A DNA stretch of 61,763 nucleotides, filler included, from Choristocarpus tenellus KU-1152 (lineage: Eukaryota > Protista > Phaeophyceae), in NCBI GenBank assembly GCA_964200185.2. It is 6 parts of 6 records of this genome, joined end to end, with 100 filler letters (N's around TTAATTAATTAA, not from the genome) between each part and the next. Parts side by side here need not be neighbours in the genome. Positions count along the whole stretch, not along the records: positions 1 to 22,317 come from CAXNAD020000292.1; 5 more parts are not named here. One strand, given 5' to 3'. This document shows, in pieces, positions 1-13,800 of this stretch. A model generated the notes under the pieces. It had not been told where the DNA came from, searched no databases, and saw only the letters and a list, made by a program, of their open reading frames with translations. The translations under genes and the position numbers were made by a program. Every line of letters begins with the position of its first letter. Position 1 is the first letter of the stretch.

Positions 1-303
1 AGTGTTAATCAGAAGCTCGAATTCAACTCCAACAAATACTATTACTACTACTTTCCAGTCTGAGCTTTTTGTTGCCTAATAGACTACTGAGCAGGTTTGG
101 ATCAATATAGACTGCTTGCAAAAAAATTCCACTTAGGCTTCCTGCTGAATGGCATTGTGCAGTGGCATGCTACTGTTAGTGTTAATCAGAAGCTCGAATT
201 CAACTCCAACAAATACTATTACTACTACTTTCCAGTCTGAGCTTTTTGTTGCCTAATAGACTACTGAGCAGGTTTGGATCAATATAGACTGCTTGCAAAA
301 AAA
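1..303. repeat. Tandem duplication, period 177 bp
   Basis: 1-126 recurs essentially identically at 178-303 (AGTGTTAATCAGAAGCTCG...GCTTGCAAAAAAA). Confidence 0.9.
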
Positions 304-480
304 TGGAGAATGGGAATAATATATACTTTATGGTCAGTAGAGCTTAAGGAGACATGTTATGATGAATACACAATTACTCATCGAAATTATATTCCCCAGG
401 TTGCTAAGATTTTTGTCTCCCAGTATGCCCAACCTCGGAGTGAAGTTTCTCCTTCTGGATTCCAAGGTATATGTCATAAT

Positions 481-1006
481 GAGTGAAAGTATCTTGGAGG
501 GTACGAGTTTTTCCCTGTTTTCCATATGGGGCTTGGCTTCCCATGGATTTTTATTGGCATTTTACCTACTCTGAATTGTATTGGAGTAGGAGTCAAAGTA
601 TCTTAGAGGGTAGAGCTGCGTCCATTTGGAGGCCAAAATCCAATGTTGCAATTTTGATGTAATTTTGCTATCATGTTTGTTAGGAGATGTCAATATCCTT
701 GTTCCGAACACTCCTTTTCATAACGTACACATTTACGTATTCCGAAATATTTTGGAGTACGTAATAAGCAATAAAAATCCCGTGGGAGGCCAAGCCCCGA
801 ATGGACAAAGAGGAAAAAACTCGTACCCTAACCCTAAGATACTTTCACTCGTAGGTAAAATATGTATGTTATGAAAGGTGTGTCCGGAACAAGGATATTG
901 ACATTCCCTAACTAACATGATAGCCAAAAATTACATCAAAATTGCAACATTGGTTTTGGCCCCCAAATGGACGCGGCTCTATCTACCCTCTAAGATACGT
1001 TGACTC
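481..1006. mobile_element. MITE family A, outer copy, interrupted by a nested family A copy
   Basis: Ends are GAGTGAAAGTATCTTGGAGGGTA and TACCCTCTAAGATACGTTGACTC, with AAT on both flanks. Halves 481-589 and 851-1006 join into a normal ~260 bp copy. Confidence 0.9.
590..850. mobile_element. MITE family A, nested copy in opposite orientation
   Basis: GAGTCAAAGTATCTTAGAGGGTA...GATACTTTCACTC, with a 4-bp TSD GTAG at 586-589 and 851-854. Confidence 0.92.
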
Positions 1007-1337
1007 AATACCACCTCCCACTCAAGAGCTGCAGGAGGATGGAAAGTTGGAGTAGGAGCAAGGCATCGAGTAGTTGAAGATGATTTTTTGTAACCCCATG
1101 CTCCCTGCTGTTCCTCAACCTGGTCATTATATTCTGTTGTGTCCTAAGGCAGTGCCAACTCTGACATATAATCTACTTTGATCAATCTTACTCAACCTGA
1201 AAGGCAGGAAGATTGCTCAGAGTGCTCAGCTTTATGCAACAGTATTTCTTGCTCCCCCCGAACTTGACGTGCCAACGGATTAGAATAGACCACCATGAGA
1301 CAAGAGGACAGAGCTGCCTTGGCCAAGGCTCAATTCT

Positions 1338-1610
1338 GGTCCACAGTATCCTAGTTGGAGGGTCAGGTGTACATTTGGGGCGTTTGTAACCCTATTGTGA
1401 TTTTATTGTCAGTTGAGTGAATGTGTCAGATGTAAGGGCAATTTGCCTTGTCTGGATGCACCTTCTTTTTCCATCCTCCTTCCTGGACCAAATCCAAAGA
1501 AAATCACACACAAAACGGGCATCAAAGATGGAGTGTTTTATGACACCCTATCAAGCCCCCGACTGGACGACCTGGACTAACCCCCCTCATCCTCTAGGAT
1601 GCTTTGGATA
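1338..1610. mobile_element. MITE family D copy (~275 bp, diverged)
   Basis: Colinear with 47245-47522 and 50441-50740. Ends are CCACAGTATCCTAG and CTAGGATGCTTTGG. Confidence 0.75.
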
Positions 1611-1876
1611 TGATTAGCTTGAAGATGATATTGCCCCTCTGTCAATCCGTGGGTATATTGCATTAGTTGTCAACTAATCTTGACATCTGAACAGACTCAA
1701 TCGACTTTAATGAACCCCAGAGCCTTGAACCTGCCTGTGCCCAATATGGTGGTCTTATCCTGAATCACCTTGAGACACATCGCCCAATATTAACACCCTT
1801 GATATCCCAACCACACTCATGACCCCCAACCTCAACTAAATTTTCCTCTGACCCAATCCATGCCTCCATTTGAAAG

Positions 1877-4800
1877 GTGGACTACAACGGAGACAAAAAA
1901 ATGGACTGGGAAGAGTTCACCAACTTTGTAATAGAGCAGATTCTGGCAATCAGCCTTGAACGTCACTGTATAACCAAGCTCAAGTTGAGGGAAACAACTC
2001 TGGGCAACAAGGTGATAAAGGTATTTTGCCAAGCACTTTGTCATGAACATGAATTTGTTCTCCCAGAAAATCATGTACCTTTCCCCAACCTCCCAGGTAC
2101 TATCAAGGTTGAGAGTGAACAGGGTGCGCTATATTGCTCAGCTGAATCGATTCTTTGTGTGCTCGGGATCTACAGTGCAGGCAAGTCTAGTTGAGATCAA
2201 CTAACCAGTGGGTGATAGTAATGCACAAGCATCAAAAACTAAGTTATTACTGAAGATTTGTTAGTAGCCTAAGGTTGCTGATGTTCTTGGTCCCTTGATA
2301 TTGTAGGCAATATGTGTTTCGACTGAGCGTTTTGTGGTGAAAACATTGGTCGCCCTGCAAACCATAGTATCCTCTGAAGTAGATAATCTCACTCCTTAGC
2401 ACTTTATAATACCCCCAATTGGACTTGAAATCACCGTTACTTCCTCCATTTTCTTTTGGAACTCACTGCATTCACATGTACTAGATGGTGTCTGTTTCAC
2501 TGCTTCACGTCCCAAAACATTCTGATTACGACTCTGATGACCTTTCTCACGTCAGGTGTGGGATCCCACACCTAGGGGGGTGATTGATAGACGCAAAGGT
2601 GCAAGAAAAACAGCAGAGATTCAGACCGCTAACATGCAATACAAAGAGGAGGGAGAGGTGCGTTCATTACCAATGGGTAGTTGGAATAGCAAGTTTGCGT
2701 GCTTGCTCTTCATTGTTTACTTGAAAATTCCTTGATACGATCTATACACACTCTTGAATAGTAAACTATATACCAAAATGGTGGATAAGCCACGCCCCCC
2801 TCCTTCGATTCCCATCACCAGTATGATAACCTGTGAATTGATGCATCCACCTTGCCCTCAATCAAGCACAGGTGCTCATTTCTCGGCCATACAGCAGCAC
2901 TGCTGGCAGTCATAGTCTCTGCCAGCAGAAACAATCCAAGAGAATGGTCTAAATGATAGTATGATCCTGATAGGGGATGTATTGAACCTCTGTATGTACA
3001 GGGTCTTGGATTAGATCGTTATGTCAGACGGGAAAGGTCAATACCAGTGGGAGGCACATGTGTAAGGCATGGATAACAGAAGCTCATGATACAAACCACA
3101 TATTGCTTTGCAATAGATAACAACACAATGCAATTGCTCCCCCCCATTACCTACCACCTTTTACCTCTTTTTCCTCTCTTCTCCTAATCTTGCCTGTTCT
3201 TTCTTCTTCTCGAATTCCTCGTAACTCCAAGCTACTACAACACATTCTGAAGGTTACTTAGGTGCTTGCACCTTGCTCTCACTAGTAGTAGTTTTCGCCA
3301 TTATCCCAAACCATGTTGCAACGAGTCTGGATAAGCCAGAAATAACAGTGCGAACGCGTTTCTGTTCTCTGTTTTGGAGCAGAAAAAATTCAGAATGGCT
3401 CCCACAGACGGGCTGTCGACAAAGGTTGCTGGGCGGCCGATTGGATTGCCAGAAGGAGATATGCAGGGCCTGATGGGCAGAGGGGATGAGAACAAATCTC
3501 CAGCTGTCCTCGACATCAAGCACATGAGTGTGAGGAGGCAACGCTTGTGAAAATATAGATTGACTATCTCTATGGTCGGTAGATGTTCTTACAGACCTTG
3601 CCCATGCCTAATCCTAGACCCCCCCGTCCCCTCACAACCAAAACATCCACCTTTACCGATTTTGGCAGGGAACGAACTTACTGGTTCTCCTTCGCAGTGA
3701 CCGAACAATTGGGTTTCTAACTGCTGATACTTTTGCGAGGTGCGGCTACCTCAAGACCTCTTCACAACAGGTGGCCAACCAAACTGAATATTTCATACAT
3801 TCGAAAAATAGTAAGAGTTAAACTTGACCAGCTCCAAAATGCATTGGGACAATGTACGGATGGGTCCAACGTTTACATCCGATGGGTGACATAGCTCTGT
3901 AATTGTTGTGGAGTTCCTTGGAGAAGGAGAGAGAAAAAATGAAGTGGATATCTATCAAAACTTCGAGGCTGCTACAAAGGTCCTAACCCCATACTGCCTA
4001 TGACGCACCAAAGACTGGTTACTCAGAACATCTTGCTGGCAAAAAGGGTCATGTAGCCCAAGGCACCTCTATGCATTGTCCGTAAAACCTTTGGGACATA
4101 GCATGTTTGCCATAGATGAAAGATAGAAAAATATCGCTGCAGGGGATTTTTGGATGGGTTCTAGGCAGCCACAACCATGTCTTGCTCGCGTTATTAGTGT
4201 GGACTGTTCCGAAGAAGTAGTTGAAAGGGGAGGGCTGCAGCATGTTGAGTATAAACACAGTTCTGGTGAAGTGGACAGAAGAAGTCCATGCACGTTTCAT
4301 AATAATAGCAGTAGTAATAAGAATATTACGGGCATCTACTCTAAGTGAAACCTTCAAATGATTTGCTTGTGAAAGCTCATAATAGAGCCCACGATTTCTC
4401 CACCTGTTTGTTGATATTCGGGTGTTTGGACTGAATATATCCAATAAGCTCTGTATTACAGTATAATATATAACTTTGACGAGTATACAAACACTACATT
4501 TCTACCCGCAGGTGCCAGGAGGGACTGAGAAACGAGTGAAATATCTTGGCCATCCTCTCACTCCCTTTCCCTGTTTTGCCAGCGGCCCCCCTCTGAGCTC
4601 TCATGTGTAATCTCTTCTCCGAAATGCTCCGAAATATATTCAAAGTCGTCAGATTTACCCCTCCTTTACCCCCTGTATCTGAATCTACAAAAAATGAAAA
4701 TTCTTGGCTAACTGAATGCACTCTTCCTCTACCTTGGGGGGGATAGGTGGGCTTGAGTTCGTCCTTGAGAACCTGTTCTGGCCACTTGTCTTGTTCACTT

Positions 4801-7800
4801 CACCTTTCATCTCAAGTTCTCCTCCAGCTAGGTGGTACTCCATCATATGTGTTACTGCCTTCTGTGATTGAGTTTAATGTAAATCAGAATCTGCTTCAAA
4901 TGTCCAAGCGTGTCGAATTGGACCTCTCCTAGTCCCTCAGGATCGACCAAATAATCAAAGTGTGTACAAGTGACATGTCCTAGTTCCCAAGAATCGATCC
5001 TGAACCGAATTTTCTTCCGTTGCTGCCTTTAAAAAAACAAAATATTGCCCTGCTAATTACTACTAGCTATGATGAACCCCGGAATACAACTTGGCGTTCA
5101 GTCAGTGTGATTCTTCACCAATAGCCTGCTGCAGCGAGGGATCGCACTTGAAGTACTTCTACAAGTGTGCCCAAACATTCTTTTCAACTGTCACTAGACC
5201 CAGCTCTATTCCATTCCTCCCCCCCCCTCACGTTCCTTGTGTATTCTAGCATGCACACCATCTTGTCATGCACTTGTCTCACATTCTGTCTCAACATCCT
5301 CTCAGAATTCAATAATTGCATCTCTCCTCCCAGTATGTGCAGGAATACTGCCCTGTGACAGGTCTCCTTTTCACATCTGGATGCGATGGGGTGGTCTTGT
5401 CTTGGGCCTTGGATGTGGACAACGAGACCCTGGACGTCACTGCCAGCAGAGAAAAGCCTTTGAGGAGACACACAAACATAATAAAGGTGCAACTGTTTAA
5501 TCTTCTGTGTATGGAAGGAGGTGGAAGGAATTTACAATGCCAACCAGCAATCCAGCAGTTCTTTTATAATGTATTTTCTTGAAGGGAGACGACAAGGGAA
5601 AATAATTGCTGTTCTTAAGATGTACTTATTATACCTGGTTCTAGTGCAATGGCTGAGTAGTCGTACCTGGGCAAAGGAGAACAAAGCAGGTGACCTCAAG
5701 ATATTTTGATGCATACAAGAGATCTAGTTTGCTCACAAGGTGAACTTCTCTTTGCTTTCTGTTTTGTGATGGAAGAGATAAGGGCAATATTTTCTTCAAA
5801 TTAGCAAGTCTCCGTCCACATCCCTTATTTCTTTGTTTACATGCAATCCGTTCAAAGAGTTTTTGCTGTTCTTGCAACGTTGTGCTTGGCACACAACAGC
5901 GTGCAGTTTGTCAACATAGTCCCTCTTGCAGCAAGCCCTGTATTATGATTCTTGTGTGCAACGTTGCCCTACCAACTAATGCAGGATATGCTCTATGTGC
6001 AAGATAAAGATGTTAAAGGGGGTCACTGCCTGGTCACATCTGGTTTGGACAGAGGGGTCCACATGTGGGACACCGCGAAAGGGAAGTATATGCAGGTTGG
6101 TGGAAGCCCCATGGCTACCTCACCCCGGTCATTTGGTCTCAAGGTTTAAGGAGAAGAAGATGCTGTTTTAACAGTGTTGCGTCCCAAAGTTGTGCAGTCA
6201 TGCTGTTTTATACGTTCAAGTCTTGTCTTTGCTGTGGAGCGATTTTGAGTTCAAGGGAAGAAGACGATGACTTCACTCCACTAAGGGATCGTCAAAATCG
6301 AGTCCTGGGTAGAAACGGAAGATAACAGTCGTGAAACAGGCTTGGGCTTGTTTAAGCAGGGTATGGAATGCGCTTCATTGATCTCTCGTAGTGACAATCA
6401 AAATACACTTGCCTAGAGAAACATATCCTTGCGTGGGGATGCGGTGGTATCATCTGAAGGTGGGTTGGTCTTGAGAGTACATAGTGGACTTGTTGCACAA
6501 TGTGGCCGAGCATTCCATGGTAAGGAGTTTATGCCGGGGAGTCAGTAGGGCTAGCACGAGATAGGTAGGTTGGTTGTGTGAGCACAAAGCTGAAATTGGT
6601 CATTGCCTAAGAGTGTGCCACCATTACAGAGCTAAGAAAGGATGCAAGGTGAATGCATCCTATTGGCTGACAGTGGCACATGAGCTGTTCTGTTTATTTT
6701 AATACCTGAAGTATTGTTTTTCGCACCAAGTCTCCTATGTGGTTGAAATGATCATTAATCCTTTAGGGATAACTCCCAATTACAGCGTGTAAAAGGATGC
6801 TAGGAGTGCACTTTCTCTGCAGTGCTAAAATTGCTTTGTTTTTATAGGCCTTACACAGGAAGATATTACAATGCTTGGCAAAGGACTCGAAATAGGGAGT
6901 GCTCAAAGAGACGCAAGATGAGGGATGGAGAAGTGCAGGGTTAAGAGTGTGAAGGGTTAGGCCAGCGCTTGTCGAAAATCGGCAAAATTGACGATGGCGG
7001 ACATGAGAAAAGTCTTAGTCAACGAAGATTATGATCGTGTCAGATACATGGTTGATGATACAAGGGAAGCCTTCCTATGTTCTTGTTCTATCTTTCCAGC
7101 CAAACTACTCCAATGCCACTCATACTGACCAGCAGGCAGATTGGTGTAAACATTATCCTTCACTGATAGACTTCAGCATAATCTTCAAAAACAAATACTG
7201 AGGAGTACGAATATCCTATCATCATGATGCTGATCTGTGGTCAATGCGTATACATTTTGCCATGCAGCAAATATACTCCTTGTCAAGAGTGCTTGGGTAT
7301 TTCTTCTTGTGTTGCACCAATGGAAAAACATTAGTACCTTATTATTGTTACCTGTAGTCTATCCTGCCACATATTCTAGTCTCTCTGTTTGTCCTGTTTG
7401 TCATTCTCTGTGTTGGATCACCTTTGCCCATCCCTTCGTTGCTGATGCAGCTCCTCCAAAAGCATTCTTTCATGGATAATCCATTTAAATGAGACAACTC
7501 CACAAAGAAGTGGAGAGGATATCGGTCAACTTATAACACTGTGTTATTCTAGGTGATAGAAAACTGCCTTCTGATTGTGTCTTAGCCTCTTAGAGGATTG
7601 TGTGTACCTTGCAAATGTCGGCAATATCCCCAACTCTAACAATATAGTGAGTATTTTTCATGCCAAGACAATTTAGGGAGTAAGGGTAGGGAGTGTTTCA
7701 TCGAAAATAAATCCTGTTGTATCAAATGCAGCATACAGTCCATTCCACTGGTGAAAACAACCCCCTTTCTCATCGTTTCCAACACCATCAATCTTGGCAT

Positions 7801-10800
7801 GCATCTAGTCCAAGACTGGAAATTGTGCTGCTATTCAGTCTCTGGCATTTGACCCTGGCAATACCCTGCTTCTTGGAGCTGGTGTGGAAGGAGAGGTAAG
7901 AGCAGAATTTAGTGTTGAAGAAATGTATTGTACTTAGAAGTGCCATATACTTGCATTTAGAGCTCTAGAACAAATACTACGTGGTATGCTTGAAGTCGAA
8001 GTGTACGTATTCCTGCATATATTTGTAGGTCGATCTCTTTTGCCTTTAGTGAAGGGAATGCCACTCCTATAGGCGGGGCTGCAAAGGCTTCGCTCTATAT
8101 ACCGTAAGGTCTATGCCGTAATCCGCGTTGTACCACCGAAAAAAGTCACATCTTTATTGCTCTTTCCTTGATACACTACCTGCAAAGAGTTTAATGCTCT
8201 CTATCGTCACCATTCTAATCCTTGCTTAATGTCCAGGATGTCTTGTTAAGGTGGGTCATAGAAAAGGCTTAATCCAACTGCTGTGTTTCCACTACGACTT
8301 GGGTAGGGGACGTAGCAGAAAAATGCATCCTGTTGGCCTATTGTGACATATGTCTTTTTTTCTTTTTTCTTTTTGTGAAAACCTTCCTTCTTGTGCCACA
8401 TCTCCTACCTGTCCTATGTATATGTGTTTCTTTGTATGACAGATGTCCTCCCATACAAGAGAGGGTGAGACTATGTCCTACTAAGAATGATCAGTTGTCT
8501 ATTTGAAAAAAATATAGAGAGCTAGTAGGTTCCTGCAACTTGGCTCGGTTCCTCCAATGTGCTTCAAATGCCTGCCTTATCGCAATATGTTGATTGGGGT
8601 TCAATTCCTGTGCTGGACCAGGTCATTGCATGGGATCTGTGGGGAAAACTTGGGGCGCCACTCTTCCGCCTCCAAGGACACTGGTCTGTAATACTTAGGT
8701 GCGATGTATAAGGCCGATTTCCTTGTTCTTTCACTCCTCATCATTGTCGTCCGTGTAATATTTCTCGTTCAACTGGTTAAGTGTTTACTAGTGAGTCAAT
8801 GTAATCGAGAGGTATCCATGTTTTTCCCGTTTTGCATGTTTAGTCTATTTTCAATCTTAGGCAATTCACCCATATTTCTATGGACGAAATTCTAAGTTTG
8901 ACTTGAGAGCGTTTATTTTTCTTTTGCTTGGAACTTTTTCAACACAATAAAAAATATCCCACACGCATTTGTACAAAAAGGTCAAAATTTGCACATATAC
9001 TAGTCAGCATCCATAAAGTGCAACTCTGGGTACGTCTTGTTTACTTTGACCCTGTGTGCTTTAAGATAGTCTATAATATGGGCTTGTTCAGCCACTGGGT
9101 CTCACATCGTTCGCTTGAAGGATGTGATTCTCATTGCTTTATGGCTATGAGAGCAAGTGTGCATAAACATCCTCTTCGAGTCACCTCTTTTCCGTATCGC
9201 TCCTGTATTTTGATTGGGGCTCATAGTTCTTGTTACAAAGAGGATAGAAAATGGGGGGGGGGGAAGTTTTCTGCTGCATCCAAGATATGTGGTAGAACTA
9301 GAAATGGGGAATTATGAGGATGTTGATTTGGGAGGGGTGACTCCTTGCTAATGTGGTTATTAAGCTCGCTTGACACTTAACTAATCCTAGCATCGGTCCT
9401 ACCAGAGGTTGCGAGTTCACTGAAGGTATCCTAGAGGAAATCATATGTGACAAAGATGATGTGTAGAGGAGATGCTCTTTGAAGGGAAAGACCCTCTTCT
9501 ATTAGTAAGGAGGAGAAGTTGGTTTGTGCTTTGTGACTCGGCCAGGTTGGAAATATTTTGTGACCCTTGCAGCAGTTGAAAACAATGTATAATCACATAA
9601 ACGTATCCTCGACCCTTGAGTGATGCTGACTAGATGGGGCATAGATGTACGAGGAGAAAGCCCAAGTGCCGAGTTTCTGATCGTCCCAGTCTTGTCCCTC
9701 AGCACCTCCAGGGTCTCGTCCTTTTTGTGGCCTTTCTATCAATGATTTTAGTAAAGGTACTGACATAATCACTGCTGTGGATGATATGGTGGGTCCAAGT
9801 TTTCAGAGTGGACTTGCCTTGTGGTCTGTTGCACTCATCTACTCCGGAGTATTTTGTTTCACATTAAGAAGAGGTTTTCACGGAAGAGCGTACAGACCAG
9901 TGGGGAGTGTAGGAATTCTACAATCTTACCTGATACATCCTTCCATGGATCGTTTGCTCCATCTTAACCATCATCAGTTCAGCAGCTGTTTTTCTTACAG
10001 AGGTAGTGGTAGATCGAAGCCATTGAAGAATTGAAGTAACTACTGAGGACTTATCTTACTTGGTATGATCGGTAAGCCACAACTACCATCAACAACAAAA
10101 TATTGGTGTATGTACGCTGATGAGGTAGAGCTGGTGGAGACTACTGCAAGGCAAATGTTCATGACTCCTCAATCTTGGATTATTGTAATCGTATGCTACC
10201 TATTGTTGTCTGGCTTTTGTTGAGTCTGATACTTCACATTTGCAGTAGAAGTTTGACCAAGATAAACTGGGAGGCAGGCCGTGCCCTGTTTGTCCGTTTG
10301 GGGCTTGGCTTTGCATGGGGTTTTTTTTAATGACATTTCACCTACTCCAAAATGTTTCGGAGCAGGCAAAATATGTATGTTATGAAAGGCGTGTCCGGAA
10401 CAAGGATATTGACACTTCCTAACAAACACGATAGCCAAAATTACATCAAAATCGCAACAATGGATTTTGGTCCCCAAATGGACAGGGCTCTACCCTCTAA
10501 GATACTTCGACTCAAATTTCGTCTAGAGAAGCAACTGGTCGCTGATCCTCCAAGTCCCACAAGGTCTTGTTGCTTTCCTCCACTCTATTGGCGATATCCT
10601 TAATAGGTATGCGAAAACTATTAAGGCAAACACTCAAAGTTTTCATTTCTATCGTCCACAATTTATCCCTCAATGTTCTGATCATATTTTTTTATAGCAC
10701 CAGTGATAGCAAGCAGAATCAGCCAGTTATACAAAACAACTGCAGAACGGTCCCCACAGCAAGGTCTTCAGACACACACAAATAGAAAAACGACTGATAA

Positions 10801-13800
10801 GCCCAAATCATTTTAAGCGAATTGTACATATCATCAATCATGAACTCTATTTCAGAGTAAAACAAGTTTTTCCAGCTTTTTCCCTCTCTGTCTTCATTAT
10901 TCACCCTCCAATTTGAGTCAAAGTATCTTAGAGGGTAGGGCCGCGTCCATTTGGGGGCCAAAATCCAATGCTGCAATTTCGATGTATTTTCGGTTATTGT
11001 GTTTGCTAGGAAGTGTCAATACCCTTGTTCCGAACACAACTTTTCATAACGTATACATCTTACCTACTCTGAAACATTCCGGAGTAGGAAAATGTCATAA
11101 AAAAAACATGGGAAGCCAAGCCCCAAATGGACAAAAAGGGCAAAACTCGTACCCTCTAAGATACTTTCACTTATTTCTAGTCATTCTCAGCACACTTACA
11201 GAAAATTGTGCTGTATCTACTCACTAGATGTCTAAAGGTCTTCTGAAAGGGACATCTTTGCACAGATGCAAGGCCAACAATAACAGTATGTCTTTTTGCA
11301 CACTTGCATGGATGAACCAACACCCTACCATTTCCCCTGCCGATAAACTCACACACTCCCCCCTTTCCCCTGTTTGGTTCAATTCCACTTGCAACACGGC
11401 ACATCAGAGTAGTTTGTGCACCTTACAAGGGAAGAGCAGCGTCTCTCGATGAAAAGGGGAGGATAATGCTGTGGGACACTAGGCGCGATGCAGCTGTGGA
11501 TACCAATGAGAGGTGGCTTAAGTTTCATCTTCTCTCTGGAACTGCTGTCACCCTAACTTGAACCTAATCTATAGGAGGTGCAGTGGAAGCTACAGCAGCA
11601 GTGTATCAGTGTTGACTCCATGGCAACAGATCCTGTTCCATGCCTCGGAATTGTTTTATATTCTTTGATGTTCTGGATTCCGTCCCATTTTTTTTTTACT
11701 CATGTACTAGTCATTTAATCAGCACTCACAACAAACCATTATATATATATATATATATATACGATCACCCTCCAGGTGCCTGTCCTTTGTGGAAAGCAAG
11801 GGGGATAAAGTGATGTCAATTGAAATGGTTTCTGGTGACGGAGAAGATTTCAGGAAGTGAGTCCTGAGTGAAGTATCTTAGAGGGTACGAATTTTGCCCT
11901 GTTTGTCCATTTGAGGCTTGACTTCCCACGGGTTTTTTATGGCATTTTCCTACTCCAAAATGTAAATGCTATGAAAAGGTGTGTTTGGGGCAAGGATATT
12001 GACACTTCCTAACAATCACAGTAGCCAAAACTACATCAAAATCGCAACATTGGATTTTGGCCCCCAAACGAACGCGGTTCTACCCTCTATGATACTTTGG
12101 CTCTCCTTGCATGCGACAAGAGGATGCTAGACTTGTTCATGACCATGTTACTTTTGAGGGTCCAACATGCAGGATTTCGGGTGTCTACCTTTCCCAACAT
12201 ACTTCCCTTGTTTGCCACTACTCACCACATTAAATATTACAGAGATGCAGAAATACCATTACCCACATATTGAAACTACCTATTGACTTTTATCTATTGC
12301 GAGTGAACTTGCCTGCAGGGAACACATTTAGTGAAGTTCAATTGGATGCCCCTGTGAGCAGTGGAGATTCCCTCATTTCTCATCGTGATACGCACCACAT
12401 ATTTCTCACCCATAGTAGTCCACTCTGCTGCGTACATAGAGATGGAGGAGACGTTCACCTCTTGAAAAATATGAGACATCTCTTCTCAGGAGAGTACTCC
12501 ATTCTATATTGAATGCAGATCATACAGAAGAAAATTACACACTTTGCAGTAAACACATGCTTCGCTGTGAGAAGGCATCGCCCACCAGAGAATCCAGCTT
12601 CAAGAGATTTGCTTTAGGAATAGGTTTCTTTGGTATTCAATGCAATCACACAACCCAGCCATGGTATGTGACAATCGTAGATGGAGCCACGTGGGTGTGA
12701 CAGTTGTGGCAATTGGCCGGCGTCTTCACCTGTACGATGAAGTGGATCCAAGGGTGGCTGAGCCCTGCTTGAATGTGGCCCTCTACAGTCCTGAGTGTGT
12801 GAGCTTTGTTACCTGCAACGCAGATCTGGTCACACTGTGGGATGCTTACACTGGGTGAGAGTGGTGATTTATTTCTGGGTAGGGGAATATTTGTGTACAA
12901 GGTTCACCTCCAGTTCTTGTGTCTGAGGTGCTGCCTGCTGATAATTTTTTATTCTTTTGAAGAAAACAACCAATAACAACCACTGTGTGCCAACTTGCTC
13001 TTTTAATGAAATCATGCGTGAAACTCAACTAGAGCTCTACAACAGAAAGAATCGCAAAGTGGACTGGATAGAACCGGATCGATCTCTGGTACAGTATCTC
13101 AACAAAATTTCCTATTATTGATGCATTGGGGATAGTTGAGTCCTCTCCTTTCATGCTTAGGTGGATTTACCTTGACAAGGTGAAGCGATTATTGTGTAGG
13201 CCCATAAACCTGATTATAGTGATTCTCATTTCTCCTATATATCTTGGTCCCCATTATACCGGGTGCCAACGCTTTGGCGGGGGCTGGGGAGGTTGGTACA
13301 GGAAGGCGATTCGAAGCAGAAAAGCTTGTCAGGGAGAAATCCTCTGTGCTGCACTTGACTCTGGAGCAAGAAAGTTGTTTTTATGTACAAGCCTGGGCAA
13401 GGTGTATGTCTACAACTTCTTGCAGGTGGAAAAATAATATGCATAGGTAACACTAAAATAAAGGAATCATGCTCTTACTCACCCGTGTGGTTTGGGATTG
13501 GATCTTGATGAGACTATTCTGTCATGCATAGTGTTTCAAATCCTAGTGGTCGACTTACTATGACACGATTTGGTATACTCTCAGAAAACGGAACCGAAAA
13601 TTGAGGGACCATTTCGAATCATTCTTGCTCTTGTGAATGTGTCTGTGCAAATTGCCTGTAAACCTCGGTTTGTTGCATATCCTCATTTGAATGTTGCGTA
13701 TGTGTGTCAATTATTATTGGGTTTATATAATTTTGTGTAGTCTATCTAACTCATACTCAAAACAATGGATACAATTTACGATTTCGCAGCGCTAGTCACA

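Noticed and set aside
9335-9425. tRNA/SINE-like A and B boxes (TGGTTATTAAGC...GCGAGTTCA)
   Set aside because: No cloverleaf can be built and there is no second copy in the window.
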